Made by a program: the position numbers and the translations under genes
From: Candidatus Nomurabacteria bacterium
Lineage (GTDB): Bacteria; Patescibacteriota; Minisyncoccia; Phycocordibacterales; CALRBL01
Direction of reading: 5' to 3'
Length of the DNA: 64,000 nt
Assembly (NCBI GenBank): GCA_963834935.1
Contig: CAWIDS010000001.1
Span: 367,642-431,641, forward strand
Part shown: positions 40,701-50,757 of the stretch, piece after piece
How positions within the stretch are numbered: position 1 is the stretch's first letter
How the letters are laid out: the number at the start of each line of letters is the position of its first letter
The notes under the pieces: model-generated
The model's input: the letters and a program-made list of their open reading frames with translations, nothing else
Databases searched by the model: none
Told to the model about the DNA's origin: nothing

Positions 40701-41282
40701 ATGAACACTGATAACAAGCATGGCAACAACAAGATAAAGATTTGCGTTTCTGGCTCGGCTGACATGAGTTTCCTTCCGCCTGAAGATTACGAGCGGGCGA
40801 AAGAGCTAGGGCGCGAAATTGTGCGCCAAGGAGCAACCCTTCTCACTGGCGCCACCACCGGTTTTCCGCTCTGGGCAGCCATGGGCGCAAAGGAACAAAA
40901 AGGCATTTCCATCGGTTTCTCGCCGGCATCAACTGAAAAAGAACACGTCAAGACATACCGGCTACCTTTGGATTACATGGATATTATCGTGTACACGGGA
41001 TTCAACTACACTGGCCGGGATCTTCTCCTCACTCGATCTTCAGACGCTGTCATCATCGGTCCGGGAAGGATAGGCACTATTCACGAATTCACTATTTCGT
41101 ACGAAGATAACAAGCCGGTCGGCGTGCTTGAAGGAGATTGGGATACTGATGAAGTCATCAGGAACATAATGGAAAAAAGCCATAGGACTAATCCGAAGAT
41201 CATCTTCGGCAAAGACCCTAAGGCTCTCGTAGCGAGGATCATTGAGATGGTGAAAAATGAGAAAGAGGAGATAAGGCTGTAA
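40701..41282 (+). CDS. LOG/SLOG family protein
   Basis: VSGSA, TGATTG, GRIGTIHEF. Confidence 0.8.
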   Translation: MNTDNKHGNNKIKICVSGSADMSFLPPEDYERAKELGREIVRQGATLLTGATTGFPLWAAMGAKEQKGISIGFSPASTEKEHVKTYRLPLDYMDIIVYTGFNYTGRDLLLTRSSDAVIIGPGRIGTIHEFTISYEDNKPVGVLEGDWDTDEVIRNIMEKSHRTNPKIIFGKDPKALVARIIEMVKNEKEEIRL

Positions 41283-41320
41283 AATAATAAAAAAATAAGC
41301 TTTTTATTTTTCCGATTATT

Positions 41321-41665
41321 TTACTTTACCTCGTTGACGATTGCTTCGAAGGTGGAAGGGGATTCCTTTGCGATCTGCGAAAGGACCTTCCGGTCGAGGG
41401 CGATGTTCGATTTCTTCAGTGCGCCGATGAACTTGCTGTATGAAAGGCCGTGAGGGCGGAGAGCGGCATTCAATCGGACTGTCCAGAGGGAACGCATGTC
41501 GTTCTTCTTGTCGCGTCGGTGGGCGAATGCGCTTGCTCCAGCATGGAAGATGGCTTCTTGGGCCTGTTTTTCTTTCTTTGATCGGCCGAAACGATAACCC
41601 TTTACCTGCTTGAGGATATTTCGTCGGCTCTTTAGTGCGTTTACTCCTTTTTTAACTCGTGTCAT
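41321..41665 (-). CDS. rplT: 50S ribosomal protein L20
   Basis: MTRVKKG, RSLWTVRLNAA, LDRKVLS. Confidence 0.97.
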   Translation of the reverse strand: MTRVKKGVNALKSRRNILKQVKGYRFGRSKKEKQAQEAIFHAGASAFAHRRDKKNDMRSLWTVRLNAALRPHGLSYSKFIGALKKSNIALDRKVLSQIAKESPSTFEAIVNEVK

Positions 41666-41680
41666 ATGTTTATGTTAAAT

Positions 41681-41869
41681 TTATTTGCTCTTGATGAGGA
41701 ATCGGGACTTGTATTTGTTGCTCATAGTGAATGAGGCTGATCGGCTCTTCGATAGCTGGCTTCGGCCTGATTCCTTAGCGTTGAAATGGTTCTGGCCCGG
41801 CTTTCGAGCGACGATCTTGCCGTTTTTTGTGACCTTGAGCCTCTTCATGTATGATTTGTTTGTTTTCAT
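41681..41869 (-). CDS. rpmI: 50S ribosomal protein L35
   Basis: MKTNKSYMKRLKVTKNGK; between infC and rplT. Confidence 0.92.
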   Translation of the reverse strand: MKTNKSYMKRLKVTKNGKIVARKPGQNHFNAKESGRSQLSKSRSASFTMSNKYKSRFLIKSK

Positions 41870-41876
41870 TTTTTTA

Positions 41877-42389
41877 TTATGCCTTTTCGATGATGACTGT
41901 AAGCCCTTTGGGACTTTTTTTCGGTTCATCAGCCTTGAATTCTTCGGAAATCAGCTTGAGTATCCTGTCGAGCCTTTCTTTGAGGAAATCGACATTGAGA
42001 TACTTGGACCTTCCGGGAAGGAAGAGGTCTATCTTGATTTTATGGCCTTCCTTAAGCCATTCTGACGCTTTCTTAGCCTTGAGTTCAAGATCGTGTTCTC
42101 CGGTTCCTATCTTGACCTGCAGAGTCTTGATTTCTGCGATCTGGACGCGGGATTTTGAGGACTTAAGCTTCTTGTTTTCGTCGTACTGAAATTTACCATA
42201 ATCCATGATTTTTGCAACCGGGGGAAGGGCTTTGGGTGAAATCTCGATGAGGTCCAGCCCTGCTTCCCGGGCCTTGTTCAAGGCATCCGCAAGGGTGATC
42301 ACTCCGTAGTTTTCTCCCTCAGCGCCGATGACCCGGAGTTCAGGCGCAGTTATTTGATGGTTTATTCGCGTATGTGGTGTATGTGCCAA
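41877..42389 (-). CDS. infC: Translation initiation factor IF-3 (non-AUG start)
   Basis: RINHQI, GLDLIEISP, PPVAKIMDYGKFQY. Confidence 0.95.
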   Translation of the reverse strand: MAHTPHTRINHQITAPELRVIGAEGENYGVITLADALNKAREAGLDLIEISPKALPPVAKIMDYGKFQYDENKKLKSSKSRVQIAEIKTLQVKIGTGEHDLELKAKKASEWLKEGHKIKIDLFLPGRSKYLNVDFLKERLDRILKLISEEFKADEPKKSPKGLTVIIEKA

Positions 42390-42451
42390 GTGCTAAAATT
42401 TAACTTTTAATGTGTATGATACTTTAACACATTAAGGGAAATATGAAAGTA

Positions 42452-43111
42452 TTACTTCACGATACGGCCGTAATCGTTAAACACGAGCACTTTCCAGGGA
42501 TTCTTGCTGCGCCATTTCTGGAGAGGGGAGTATTGGACAACGGTCACCGCAGCGTTGTTTATAGGATTGAGAAAATCTAGTTTGACGAATTCGTGGGATT
42601 CAAGCTTGTTGCCTTTCTCGATGTAGGAGATGACCATCTTCAGGAAGATGCGGTGAGAGACGCACATGATGTGTTTTTCCGGCCGGGCAGCGAGGAATGC
42701 AAGCAGATTCTCGGCCCGTTTCCTCAGGTCTTCGAAGTTTTCTTCGTCCGAATAACGAAGGTCGCTCTGATGGAAGCTCCGGTCGATGACATCCATTATC
42801 TTCTGGACTTCAGGAGAGTCCGCATCCTTTCCTACGATTTCCGAAGGATTCTTGCGTTCGATGAGCAGAGGGCTCTCGACGATCTTCTTCTTGAGCGTCT
42901 CGTTGATGAAAGTAGAGGTCTCCTTGGCGCGCTGATAGGGGCTCGTGAAGATGATATCGACGGGTATATGCTTGAATCGCTCTCCGACGAATCGCGCCTG
43001 CGTCTGGCCGAGCTCGCTCAAGCTCCCCGATGCTCCTTGGCGGACATTGCTGGCATTATTAGCACTCTGGCCGTGCCTGATGAAATAGATTATTTTTTTT
43101 GACCACCACAT
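42452..43111 (-). CDS. Histidine phosphatase superfamily protein
   Basis: IRHGQS, SPYQRAKET, VSH. Confidence 0.9.
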   Translation of the reverse strand: MWWSKKIIYFIRHGQSANNASNVRQGASGSLSELGQTQARFVGERFKHIPVDIIFTSPYQRAKETSTFINETLKKKIVESPLLIERKNPSEIVGKDADSPEVQKIMDVIDRSFHQSDLRYSDEENFEDLRKRAENLLAFLAARPEKHIMCVSHRIFLKMVISYIEKGNKLESHEFVKLDFLNPINNAAVTVVQYSPLQKWRSKNPWKVLVFNDYGRIVK

Positions 43112-43161
43112 GCGGATAAATATATCATATCTTCATCATCATTTTATGATAATATGGAAGA

Positions 43162-43434
43162 ATGTTCATGAGATCTCCGGAAAGCCCCATATCCCAGGAA
43201 AGTCTCGACTCCTTTTTGGAGAGTTTTCAAGCTGACTCGCTTTCCGAAATGAAGCAGCGTCTTGCAGAATATTTTCATCCGCTCATTGGCGAATCGACCA
43301 TCGAAGCGCATTACGATGATTTTGAGAAGGGGACAGGATCAATCATGTTCGGTGACAGGAAAATCGGCACCTTTGAAATATTTCCGTTCAAGGCCGTCTT
43401 AGATAAGGAGGAGATGATTAATTGTCTTAGTTAG
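43162..43434 (+). CDS. Hypothetical protein (90 aa)
   Basis: Acidic ORF with -10-like element just upstream. Confidence 0.5.
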   Translation: MFMRSPESPISQESLDSFLESFQADSLSEMKQRLAEYFHPLIGESTIEAHYDDFEKGTGSIMFGDRKIGTFEIFPFKAVLDKEEMINCLS

Positions 43435-43477
43435 TTTTTCGTGTTATAATTTGAGAGTTCATTGAAAATCAACCAAT

Positions 43478-43880
43478 GGGAATGACAGGCATCGACAGGA
43501 GAAGCCATTCCTGATTTGCGGCATAGAGCTCCGGGAACTCTTTAAAAGCCCGGAAAACCGAAATGCAAAATCTGCACTTTCAATGGCCAAGTCTGTTGTG
43601 TCTCCGTATTTCGGAGCCAACGATTTCGCTTTCGCTTACGTCCGAGCCTAAATTTTAGACTCGCGCCTAGCGACGCTTCATGGTCCTAGTCCTCTCGGGA
43701 ACAGCGGAGTGTTATAAAGATGAGGATGCTTCGCCAAGCGCCCCGTACGGCGACCAAGACAAGGGGCAAAGCTGACGACCATTTTGTTGATTTCAAGGCC
43801 GTCATTCGAACAAATCATCTACATGCCGTAGATTAGTCAGGAACCTCTCTTGCACCCGAGTTCAATTCTCGGCATTTCCA
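43478..43880 (+). ncRNA. ssrA: tmRNA
   Basis: 5' GGGAATG / 3' CATTTCC-A acceptor stem with G3:U70; T-arm CCGAG-TTCAATT-CTCGG; internal tag ORF 43565-43651; smpB 2.6 kb downstream. Confidence 0.92.
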
Positions 43881-44014
43881 CTATTTTATTGTCTTCAAGT
43901 AGGCTTTGTAAGATAGGGCGTCCAGAGACGTCCTTTTAAAACGTGAAGGGCCCCAAGCCCTCCGGATCGATATACATTATCAAGGTCGCTTAACATTATT
44001 AGCATTATAAACAT

Positions 44015-46075
44015 ATGATTAAAAAAATTATTGCCATATTGGCAGCATTTCTACTCACATTGAATTTCATCCCGTCGCTGGTGTCTGCTGATCAGACAAT
44101 GGTCACCCAGACTACCACTACCACGGCAGCAACCATTCCGTCAGGTTTCGTATTCACTCGCGACCTTACGGTAGGAAGCACCGGACAAGATGTCGTGGAG
44201 CTTCAAGCATATCTTGTCGGCAAGGGATTCTTGGTCATTCCTCCAGGAGTGTCCGAAGGATATTTCGGTCCGCTTACTAAGGCAGCTCTCGGCTTGTTTC
44301 AGGCAAGCGTGAACATTTCGCCTTCAGTCGGATATTTCGGCCCGATTACCAGGAACTATCTCAACACTCATGGGGTAGTGACCGCCTTTCCTGACGGCTG
44401 TACTTCGAACGTCGGTTTCAGCACAACCACCGGCGCTTCGTGCGACACGTCAGGCGCACAGCAGCTCTGCCCTAACGGAAACACCCTTCAGAGCAATTGT
44501 ACTGTACCTTCAACCGTAGCTCTCTGCCCTAACGGAATGACTCTTGCAAGCAACTGTACTGCAGCTCCTGTAACATCATCAACTGGTTCTACTGCTACCG
44601 GCATCACTACTCCAGGCGCAGAAGGTATCTTGAGCATCACTCAGGGTCCTATCTCAACCTCAGTAGTCAACGTCGGCCAGACTCAGGCTCCGGTATTGAC
44701 AGTTCGAGCTCAGGCTCAGAACTCAGATATCGCCGTCCAGCGAATCACTGTTGACGTTGGTTCATCAACCACCATCTACAACAAGATCTACAGCCAGTTC
44801 TACGTTACAGACGGAACCAATGTCCTAGCGACAGTTCCTCTTAACTCGACTACTGTAGTTCAGAGCGGTACAGATTACGTAGTCAACCTTACTGGCTTCA
44901 ACATCCTTGTTCCAAAGAACACCTACAAGGATATCGTCATCAAGGCTGACTTGTTCTCTTCGATCGACTCAAACTACATCGCTTCTCCTTACGTATTAAG
45001 CGTAATGTCAAACGGAGTTCGTGGAATTGACGGAGCAGGAATCGATCAGTACGGTCCAACAGGCTCAATCAGCCAGACCATTACTATCAACCCAAGCTTG
45101 ACTGACAATGCTCAGGCAAACCTTTCGGCTGATCCTTCGACTCCCCTTACCAACACACAGGCAGTTACTGACACGACAAACAATCAGTACCTCGGCCTTC
45201 CTGTCCTCTTGTTCGATATCAATGCTCAGAATGACTCATTGCATATCCACAACTTGACAGTTCGATTCACAAGCAACGCTACAAGCACATTGACCGCCGC
45301 TTACTTGTACCAGGGTTCAACTCCTATACAGTCAGCTTCGATCAACAGCAGCAACGGTACAGCAGTGTTCAACAACATTCCTGACAATACCGCAGCAGCA
45401 GTCGTCGCTTTGAACTCGACACAGCCATTCACTGTACGTGCTGACGTAACAAACGTAGGAGTAACTCCAACGACTGTTACTGCAACTATCAACAGCGGAG
45501 ACCTTGTCGCTTACAACTCTCTTGACGAGAATGCGATCGTCAACGGATCAGCTGTAGGAAACACACAGACAGTAGTAGGAAAGGGACCACAGTTCAGCCT
45601 CGCATCGACGCCGACGATTTCGGTCAATGGGGTCAATGAGAGCGGAAGCACCCAGAGTACATCTACTGTGACAGCGACGTTCTACGTCAACGTCAAAGCA
45701 GTAGGCTCGAACGTCTACTTCCATGATCAGACCCTTCCTAATCCAATGTTTACCTTCAAAGTCTTTGACGCTGCAGGAAATGACGTGACATCTCAAGTTG
45801 CTGCCACAAGCTCAGGATTCATCATCCCTACCGGATCAGGAGTCGTGACTTCAGGTCAGCCAGCTCACACGTTCTACATCCCACAGTCGAACTCAGCAAC
45901 TATCGGTCCAGTGACCTTTAGCTTCGCAGGTAAGTATGGAAACGCTCCTCTCACGAACGGACCATATTCAGTTGAGATATCGGGAATCAATTCATCGACT
46001 GATGGAGTGAACTTCACGACAACCAACTACATGGACGGTCTATCAACATGGAGGACAAACGGAGTCAATCCTTAG
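44015..46075 (+). CDS. Large secreted surface/S-layer-like protein with N-terminal peptidoglycan-binding domain
   Basis: Signal peptide; RDLTVGSTGQDVVELQ...GYFGPLTKAA...GYFGPITR; Cys repeats; Thr/Ser/Val-rich. Confidence 0.8.
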   Translation: MIKKIIAILAAFLLTLNFIPSLVSADQTMVTQTTTTTAATIPSGFVFTRDLTVGSTGQDVVELQAYLVGKGFLVIPPGVSEGYFGPLTKAALGLFQASVNISPSVGYFGPITRNYLNTHGVVTAFPDGCTSNVGFSTTTGASCDTSGAQQLCPNGNTLQSNCTVPSTVALCPNGMTLASNCTAAPVTSSTGSTATGITTPGAEGILSITQGPISTSVVNVGQTQAPVLTVRAQAQNSDIAVQRITVDVGSSTTIYNKIYSQFYVTDGTNVLATVPLNSTTVVQSGTDYVVNLTGFNILVPKNTYKDIVIKADLFSSIDSNYIASPYVLSVMSNGVRGIDGAGIDQYGPTGSISQTITINPSLTDNAQANLSADPSTPLTNTQAVTDTTNNQYLGLPVLLFDINAQNDSLHIHNLTVRFTSNATSTLTAAYLYQGSTPIQSASINSSNGTAVFNNIPDNTAAAVVALNSTQPFTVRADVTNVGVTPTTVTATINSGDLVAYNSLDENAIVNGSAVGNTQTVVGKGPQFSLASTPTISVNGVNESGSTQSTSTVTATFYVNVKAVGSNVYFHDQTLPNPMFTFKVFDAAGNDVTSQVAATSSGFIIPTGSGVVTSGQPAHTFYIPQSNSATIGPVTFSFAGKYGNAPLTNGPYSVEISGINSSTDGVNFTTTNYMDGLSTWRTNGVNP

Positions 46076-46107
46076 TCTCTCTTGGATAGTCGCTCACTGA
46101 ACGTGAC

Positions 46108-46148
46108 AAAACTAAGACCGCCTCATTCAAGGGGCGGTTTTAGTTTTG
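46108..46148. terminator. Intrinsic terminator (repeated at ~63147)
   Basis: AAAACTAAGACCGCC...GGCGGTTTTAGTTTT. Confidence 0.8.
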
Positions 46149-46472
46149 TCTCAACGGTGTTGACATAGAAAAAGAGCATGCTAGTATCTTTTTCATACCA
46201 GCTTCCGCTCTCATGGTGAGCAGGGGAAGCAGGCGATCCAATAAAAATATGATCAAATCAGACCATGGCCAAAAGGCCAATTGTCAGCGTAATATCCCGG
46301 TGAGCCTCCGCGGCTGTAGCAATTATTCCATCTTGGCTTCCAGCGGCGTCGCCCTCCCTCGTCGAGACTGATCGCCCCGCGGCGGCCGAAGCCTCCCGCC
46401 AAGGCCACATCGGCTGCTGCCGCGATCAAAATGCCGGTCCCATCATGGGGGCCGGCATTTACTCTTCCTTTT

Positions 46473-46910
46473 TTATTTTATCTTCCTGCCGATATCCCTT
46501 TCAGTATCCCGTTTCTTAATGCTTTGGCGCTTGTCGAATTTCTTCTTGCTTTCGGCGATGGCTATGTCGATCTTTATCTTGTTCTTCGAAGTATAAATCG
46601 AAAGGGGAATGAGGGTCTGCTTCTTCTTCGAATCGATGTCCGCCATCTCTTTTATCTCCTTCTTGTGGAGGAGTAACTTTCTGGGACGATGGGCGTCATA
46701 TGAAGAAAGAGCGTTGGCTGGCTGGAAAGCAGGAATATTCGCTCCGACGAGGAATGCTTCGCCGCCGCGCACTATTATATATGAGCCCTCAAGAGAAGAG
46801 CCTCCTTGCCTCAGGGATTTCACCTCGGTGCCCAGAAGCTCGATGCCTGCCGACATCTTTTCTTTGATCTCGTAGTTGAAATATGCCTTTTTGTTAGATG
46901 AAAGCTCCAT
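46473..46910 (-). CDS. smpB: SsrA-binding protein SmpB
   Basis: NKKAYFNY, AGIELLGTEVKSLR, RKLLLHKKEI, DKRQSIK. Confidence 0.97.
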   Translation of the reverse strand: MELSSNKKAYFNYEIKEKMSAGIELLGTEVKSLRQGGSSLEGSYIIVRGGEAFLVGANIPAFQPANALSSYDAHRPRKLLLHKKEIKEMADIDSKKKQTLIPLSIYTSKNKIKIDIAIAESKKKFDKRQSIKKRDTERDIGRKIK

Positions 46911-46959
46911 GATCAAATGTTAGCATGACTTATCCTATTATTGTATAATGCACCATACT

Positions 46960-48846
46960 ATGCCTGAAAATAAACACAAGAAGAATCAGAAACGGACCAG
47001 GATGCCCCGAAGCAATAGCCTGATAAATGCCCTTGTCATATTCATCCTGCTCATCATTGCTTATGCTTTTCTGGTCTCTCGCGATACATCCAATAATTCC
47101 ATCACTCTTTCCGACCTTGCCAACGACGTCAATGCCGGAAAAGTCAGTGAAATCGTCGTAAGGGGACAGGATCTTACTATCACCTATGCCGACAAGACCA
47201 TAAAGACTTCAAAAAAAGAGGCTGAAGATTCGCTTTCCACTACTCTTGTGAATTATGGCGTGCCTGCGGCAAAGATTGACGCGGTAAAGATTGACATCGA
47301 GAACGAGGGAGGCTTCGCCTATTGGTTCATCAATCTCGCTCCGTTCGTCATTCCGCTCATCGGAGTGGCTTTCTTCATCTGGATAATTACCCGCCAGATG
47401 AAAGGGACGGGAATGCAGGCATTCAGCTTCGGCCAATCGAAGGCGCGCATGACAGGCCCTGATGACAAGAAGCAGCGTGTTACCTTCAAAGATGTCGCTG
47501 GCGCCAAGGAAGCCAAGGAAGAGCTTTCAGAGATCGTTGACTTTCTGAAGAATCCGAAAAAGTTCTTGGACATCGGTGCCCGCATTCCGAAGGGAATATT
47601 GCTTATGGGTGCGCCTGGAACCGGAAAGACTTTGCTTGCCCGCGCTGTAGCTGGAGAGAGCAATGTCTCATTCTTCTCGATCTCCGGTTCGGAATTCGTC
47701 GAGATGTTCGTCGGAGTCGGTGCTTCGCGTGTCCGTGATCTTTTCAAGGTCGCCAAGCAGAACGCGCCCGCAATCATCTTCGTTGATGAGATCGATGCTG
47801 TTGGCCGTGTTCGAGGAACCGGAATGGGCGGCGGAAACGACGAGCGAGAACAGACCTTGAACCAGATTCTTGTCGAAATGGATGGCTTTGAACCGAACGA
47901 GAAAGTGATCGTCATGGCAGCCACTAACCGTCCCGATGTCCTTGACCCTGCGCTTCTTCGCCCGGGCCGCTTTGACCGCCGTGTCACTATAGACCTTCCT
48001 GATCGGTCTGATCGCGAGGCAATACTTGAAGTGCATTCAAAAGAAAAACCTTTTGCCGAAGATGTCGATTTGAAACTGATTGCAGAGCGAACGCCGGGAT
48101 TTTCCGGCGCCGACCTTTATTCGCTTATGAATGAAGGAGCTATCCTCGCGGCTCGCGAGAACCGCACTAAAGTTGCCCAGTTCGACCTCATCCGTTCGAT
48201 CGAAAAAGTGATGCTCGGTCCTGAACGCCGCAGCCATATCCTTTCAGTAAAAGAAAAAGAGCTCACTGCCTATCACGAAGCCGGACACGCCATTGTTGCT
48301 TCGGTCCTTCCGTATGCCGACCCGGTGCACAAGGTTTCTATCATCTCGCGCGGCCGTGCCGCCGGCTATACTCTCAAGCTTCCGCTTGAAGACAGGAAGC
48401 TTCAATCCAAAAAGGAATTCCTCGACGATATTGCTGTCTCTCTCGGGGGCTATGTCGTCGAGAAGGAGATCTACGGCGACCTCACCACAGGTTCTTCGAA
48501 CGACCTACAGGTCTCGAGCGCCTTGGCGCGCGACATGGTCACCAAATACGGAATGTCCGAGAGGATCGGTCCGATCGCCCTTGAAAGTTCCGGCGGTCGT
48601 GCTATGTTTGGTCGCGGGGTGGAAGACAAGGAATATTCAGCGGAAGTCGGCAAGCTCATCGATGAAGAAGTATCCAAAATAATGAATGAAGCGATGAAGA
48701 AGACCGAAGAAATCGTCGCTACTCACCGAAAGGCGCTTGATGCGATCGCCCAGCGTCTCGTCGCTGTCGAGACTATTGAAAGGGAAGAGTTCGACAATCT
48801 TCTCATCGCCAACGGCATCGTACCCAAAAAGAAGGAAATCGTTTAA
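46960..48846 (+). CDS. ftsH: ATP-dependent zinc metalloprotease FtsH
   Basis: 2 [23 protein letters not shown]. Confidence 0.98.
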   Translation: MPENKHKKNQKRTRMPRSNSLINALVIFILLIIAYAFLVSRDTSNNSITLSDLANDVNAGKVSEIVVRGQDLTITYADKTIKTSKKEAEDSLSTTLVNYGVPAAKIDAVKIDIENEGGFAYWFINLAPFVIPLIGVAFFIWIITRQMKGTGMQAFSFGQSKARMTGPDDKKQRVTFKDVAGAKEAKEELSEIVDFLKNPKKFLDIGARIPKGILLMGAPGTGKTLLARAVAGESNVSFFSISGSEFVEMFVGVGASRVRDLFKVAKQNAPAIIFVDEIDAVGRVRGTGMGGGNDEREQTLNQILVEMDGFEPNEKVIVMAATNRPDVLDPALLRPGRFDRRVTIDLPDRSDREAILEVHSKEKPFAEDVDLKLIAERTPGFSGADLYSLMNEGAILAARENRTKVAQFDLIRSIEKVMLGPERRSHILSVKEKELTAYHEAGHAIVASVLPYADPVHKVSIISRGRAAGYTLKLPLEDRKLQSKKEFLDDIAVSLGGYVVEKEIYGDLTTGSSNDLQVSSALARDMVTKYGMSERIGPIALESSGGRAMFGRGVEDKEYSAEVGKLIDEEVSKIMNEAMKKTEEIVATHRKALDAIAQRLVAVETIEREEFDNLLIANGIVPKKKEIV

Positions 48847-48863
48847 TATTCATATTAAATTTC

Positions 48864-48936
48864 GCCATTGTAGCTCAGTTGGTAGAGCACTCCATTGGTA
48901 ATGGGGAGGTCTCCGGTTCAATCCCGGACAATGGCT
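48864..48936 (+). tRNA. tRNA-Thr(GGT)
   Basis: Cloverleaf GCCATTG/CAATGGC; anticodon loop TT-GGT-AA. Confidence 0.95.
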
Positions 48937-48967
48937 CAGCGATGGGTGCGGTGTCGGCCCGCGCAAT

Positions 48968-49040
48968 GCCGAAGTAGCTCAGTTGGTAGAGCAATGCTTT
49001 CGTAAAGCAGAGGTCGCGAGTTCGATTCTCGCCTTCGGCT
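48968..49040 (+). tRNA. tRNA-Thr(CGT)
   Basis: Cloverleaf GCCGAAG/CTTCGGC; anticodon loop TT-CGT-AA. Confidence 0.95.
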
Positions 49041-49091
49041 CACTGTTTCCGCCACTTAGACTTTTCTTTCCTAATTTAGTAGACTTCCGAT

Positions 49092-49793
49092 ATGAACACA
49101 CAAAAGAAATATATCGTTTCAGCCATAGTGGCAATCATAGTCATAGGTATCCTTGTTTATAGACAGCATCAATATCAAAACCTGCCGGTGAGCGATGGAA
49201 GCCTGACAAGCCAAAGCACTTCTACTAGTTCAACAGCGACTTCTACATCTGCATCTGCATCTTCAACTTCATCTGCGACAAATCCAGGCTTTGCTGTCGT
49301 TTCGGTCAATGGCTTGAACGGCTACTCGGATTTCGGCTTCAGCTTCAACTATCCTTCATCGCTCAAGCTTTCTCAATCAGCTTCGCCGGTCCAGGAAGTG
49401 ACAGGAGGATTCGTCGCTACCGCCAACGGATTGAATGACACCACCTCGATGGCAACGCCTTCGAACACCACCGATATCTCGAGCTTCAGCGTGATAAAGG
49501 CTGCAGGAGTCAGCTCGGCAGCCTGCATAGCAGCCCCTGTCGGAAACGATTGGCTAAAAGATCTTGGAAAATCGACTATAAACGCTAATACGTTCTACAA
49601 ATACGAATATGGAAGCAAGAGCGGCAGCCGGTATTTCCAGACTGATGAATACGTCAGCGAGATTAACGGCAATTGCTACAAGGTAAGCGTCAGCAATGTC
49701 GGAACCCTTCCTCAGTCCGCAGCAGAAAGCTCATCGATCACGCAGTCGCTTTCAGTCCTTGATACCGTCATAAACTCGTTCAAGGCGCACTAA
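49092..49793 (+). CDS. Membrane-anchored Ser/Thr-linker extracellular protein (PsbP-like fold possible)
   Basis: N-terminal TM, S/T linker, GFSFNYP, ends INSFK. Confidence 0.65.
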   Translation: MNTQKKYIVSAIVAIIVIGILVYRQHQYQNLPVSDGSLTSQSTSTSSTATSTSASASSTSSATNPGFAVVSVNGLNGYSDFGFSFNYPSSLKLSQSASPVQEVTGGFVATANGLNDTTSMATPSNTTDISSFSVIKAAGVSSAACIAAPVGNDWLKDLGKSTINANTFYKYEYGSKSGSRYFQTDEYVSEINGNCYKVSVSNVGTLPQSAAESSSITQSLSVLDTVINSFKAH

Positions 49794-49797
49794 TTTG

Positions 49798-50676
49798 ATG
49801 ATAGGATCCATCGAAAAAGAAAAGCGGATCCAGGAAATAGAAGAGCTGATGCTGGACGGCGATTTCTGGAAAGACAAAAGCAAAGCGCAGGAAATCGTCC
49901 GCGAATACGAGCAATTGAAAAGTGGGGAATCGGATGCTCCCGGCTATGACGCCGGCGACGCCATCATTACTATATTTTCCGGGGCAGGTGGCGACGATTC
50001 CGAGGATTTTTCCCGCATGCTTCTTCAGATGTACGAACGCTACATCGCCAAACGCGGCTGGCAGACGCAACTTATTCACGAGAACAAGAATGACCAAGGC
50101 GGCTATCGCAATATCACCTTCGAGGTAAAAGGCAAGAATGCCTATGGCGACTTGAAAAGGGAATCCGGCGTGCATCGCCTGGTCCGCCTTTCGCCGTTCA
50201 ATTCCAAGAAGCTCCGCCACACCTCATTTTCGATGGTGGAAGTCATTCCAAAATTCGACAAGACCGCGCCGCTCGAACTCAAGGAAGACGAAATCGATAT
50301 CACTATTGCCCGCGCCGGCGGCCCAGGCGGACAGAACGTTAACAAGCGCGAAACGGCAGTCCGCATCGTCCACATTCCGACCAAGCTTTCGGTCCATGTC
50401 ACATCGGAACGCAGCCAAGCCCAGAACAAGGAGAAGGCGCTTGCCATCCTCAAGGGGAAAATTTATGCCCGCCAGGAAGAGGAGCGCATCAAGAAGGAAA
50501 AAGGCATGTATGTCTCGAAGACCACCGATATCGAGTGGGGCAATCAGATCCGCTCGTACGTCCTTCATCCCTACAAGTTGGTCAAAGATCACCGTACCAA
50601 CGTCGAGATACATGATGCCGACAAGGTTCTTAACGGATATCTTGACGAATTTATTGAGGCTGAGCGAGCGCTTTAG
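49798..50676 (+). CDS. prfB: Peptide chain release factor 2 (shortened N-terminal domain)
   Basis: SPF recognition tripeptide, GGQ, WGNQIRSY; upstream of ftsEX. Confidence 0.92.
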   Translation: MIGSIEKEKRIQEIEELMLDGDFWKDKSKAQEIVREYEQLKSGESDAPGYDAGDAIITIFSGAGGDDSEDFSRMLLQMYERYIAKRGWQTQLIHENKNDQGGYRNITFEVKGKNAYGDLKRESGVHRLVRLSPFNSKKLRHTSFSMVEVIPKFDKTAPLELKEDEIDITIARAGGPGGQNVNKRETAVRIVHIPTKLSVHVTSERSQAQNKEKALAILKGKIYARQEEERIKKEKGMYVSKTTDIEWGNQIRSYVLHPYKLVKDHRTNVEIHDADKVLNGYLDEFIEAERAL

Positions 50677-50757
50677 GCTATTCTGCCGCCCGAGCGAGAA
50701 AAGCACATTTTATTTGGCGTTTTTCATAGAAAATATGTTACAATTCAAGGACTCGCA

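Noticed and set aside
48864-49040. Functional link between the two tRNA-Thr genes and thrC
   Set aside because: They are 24 kb apart, with no T-box or other connecting signal
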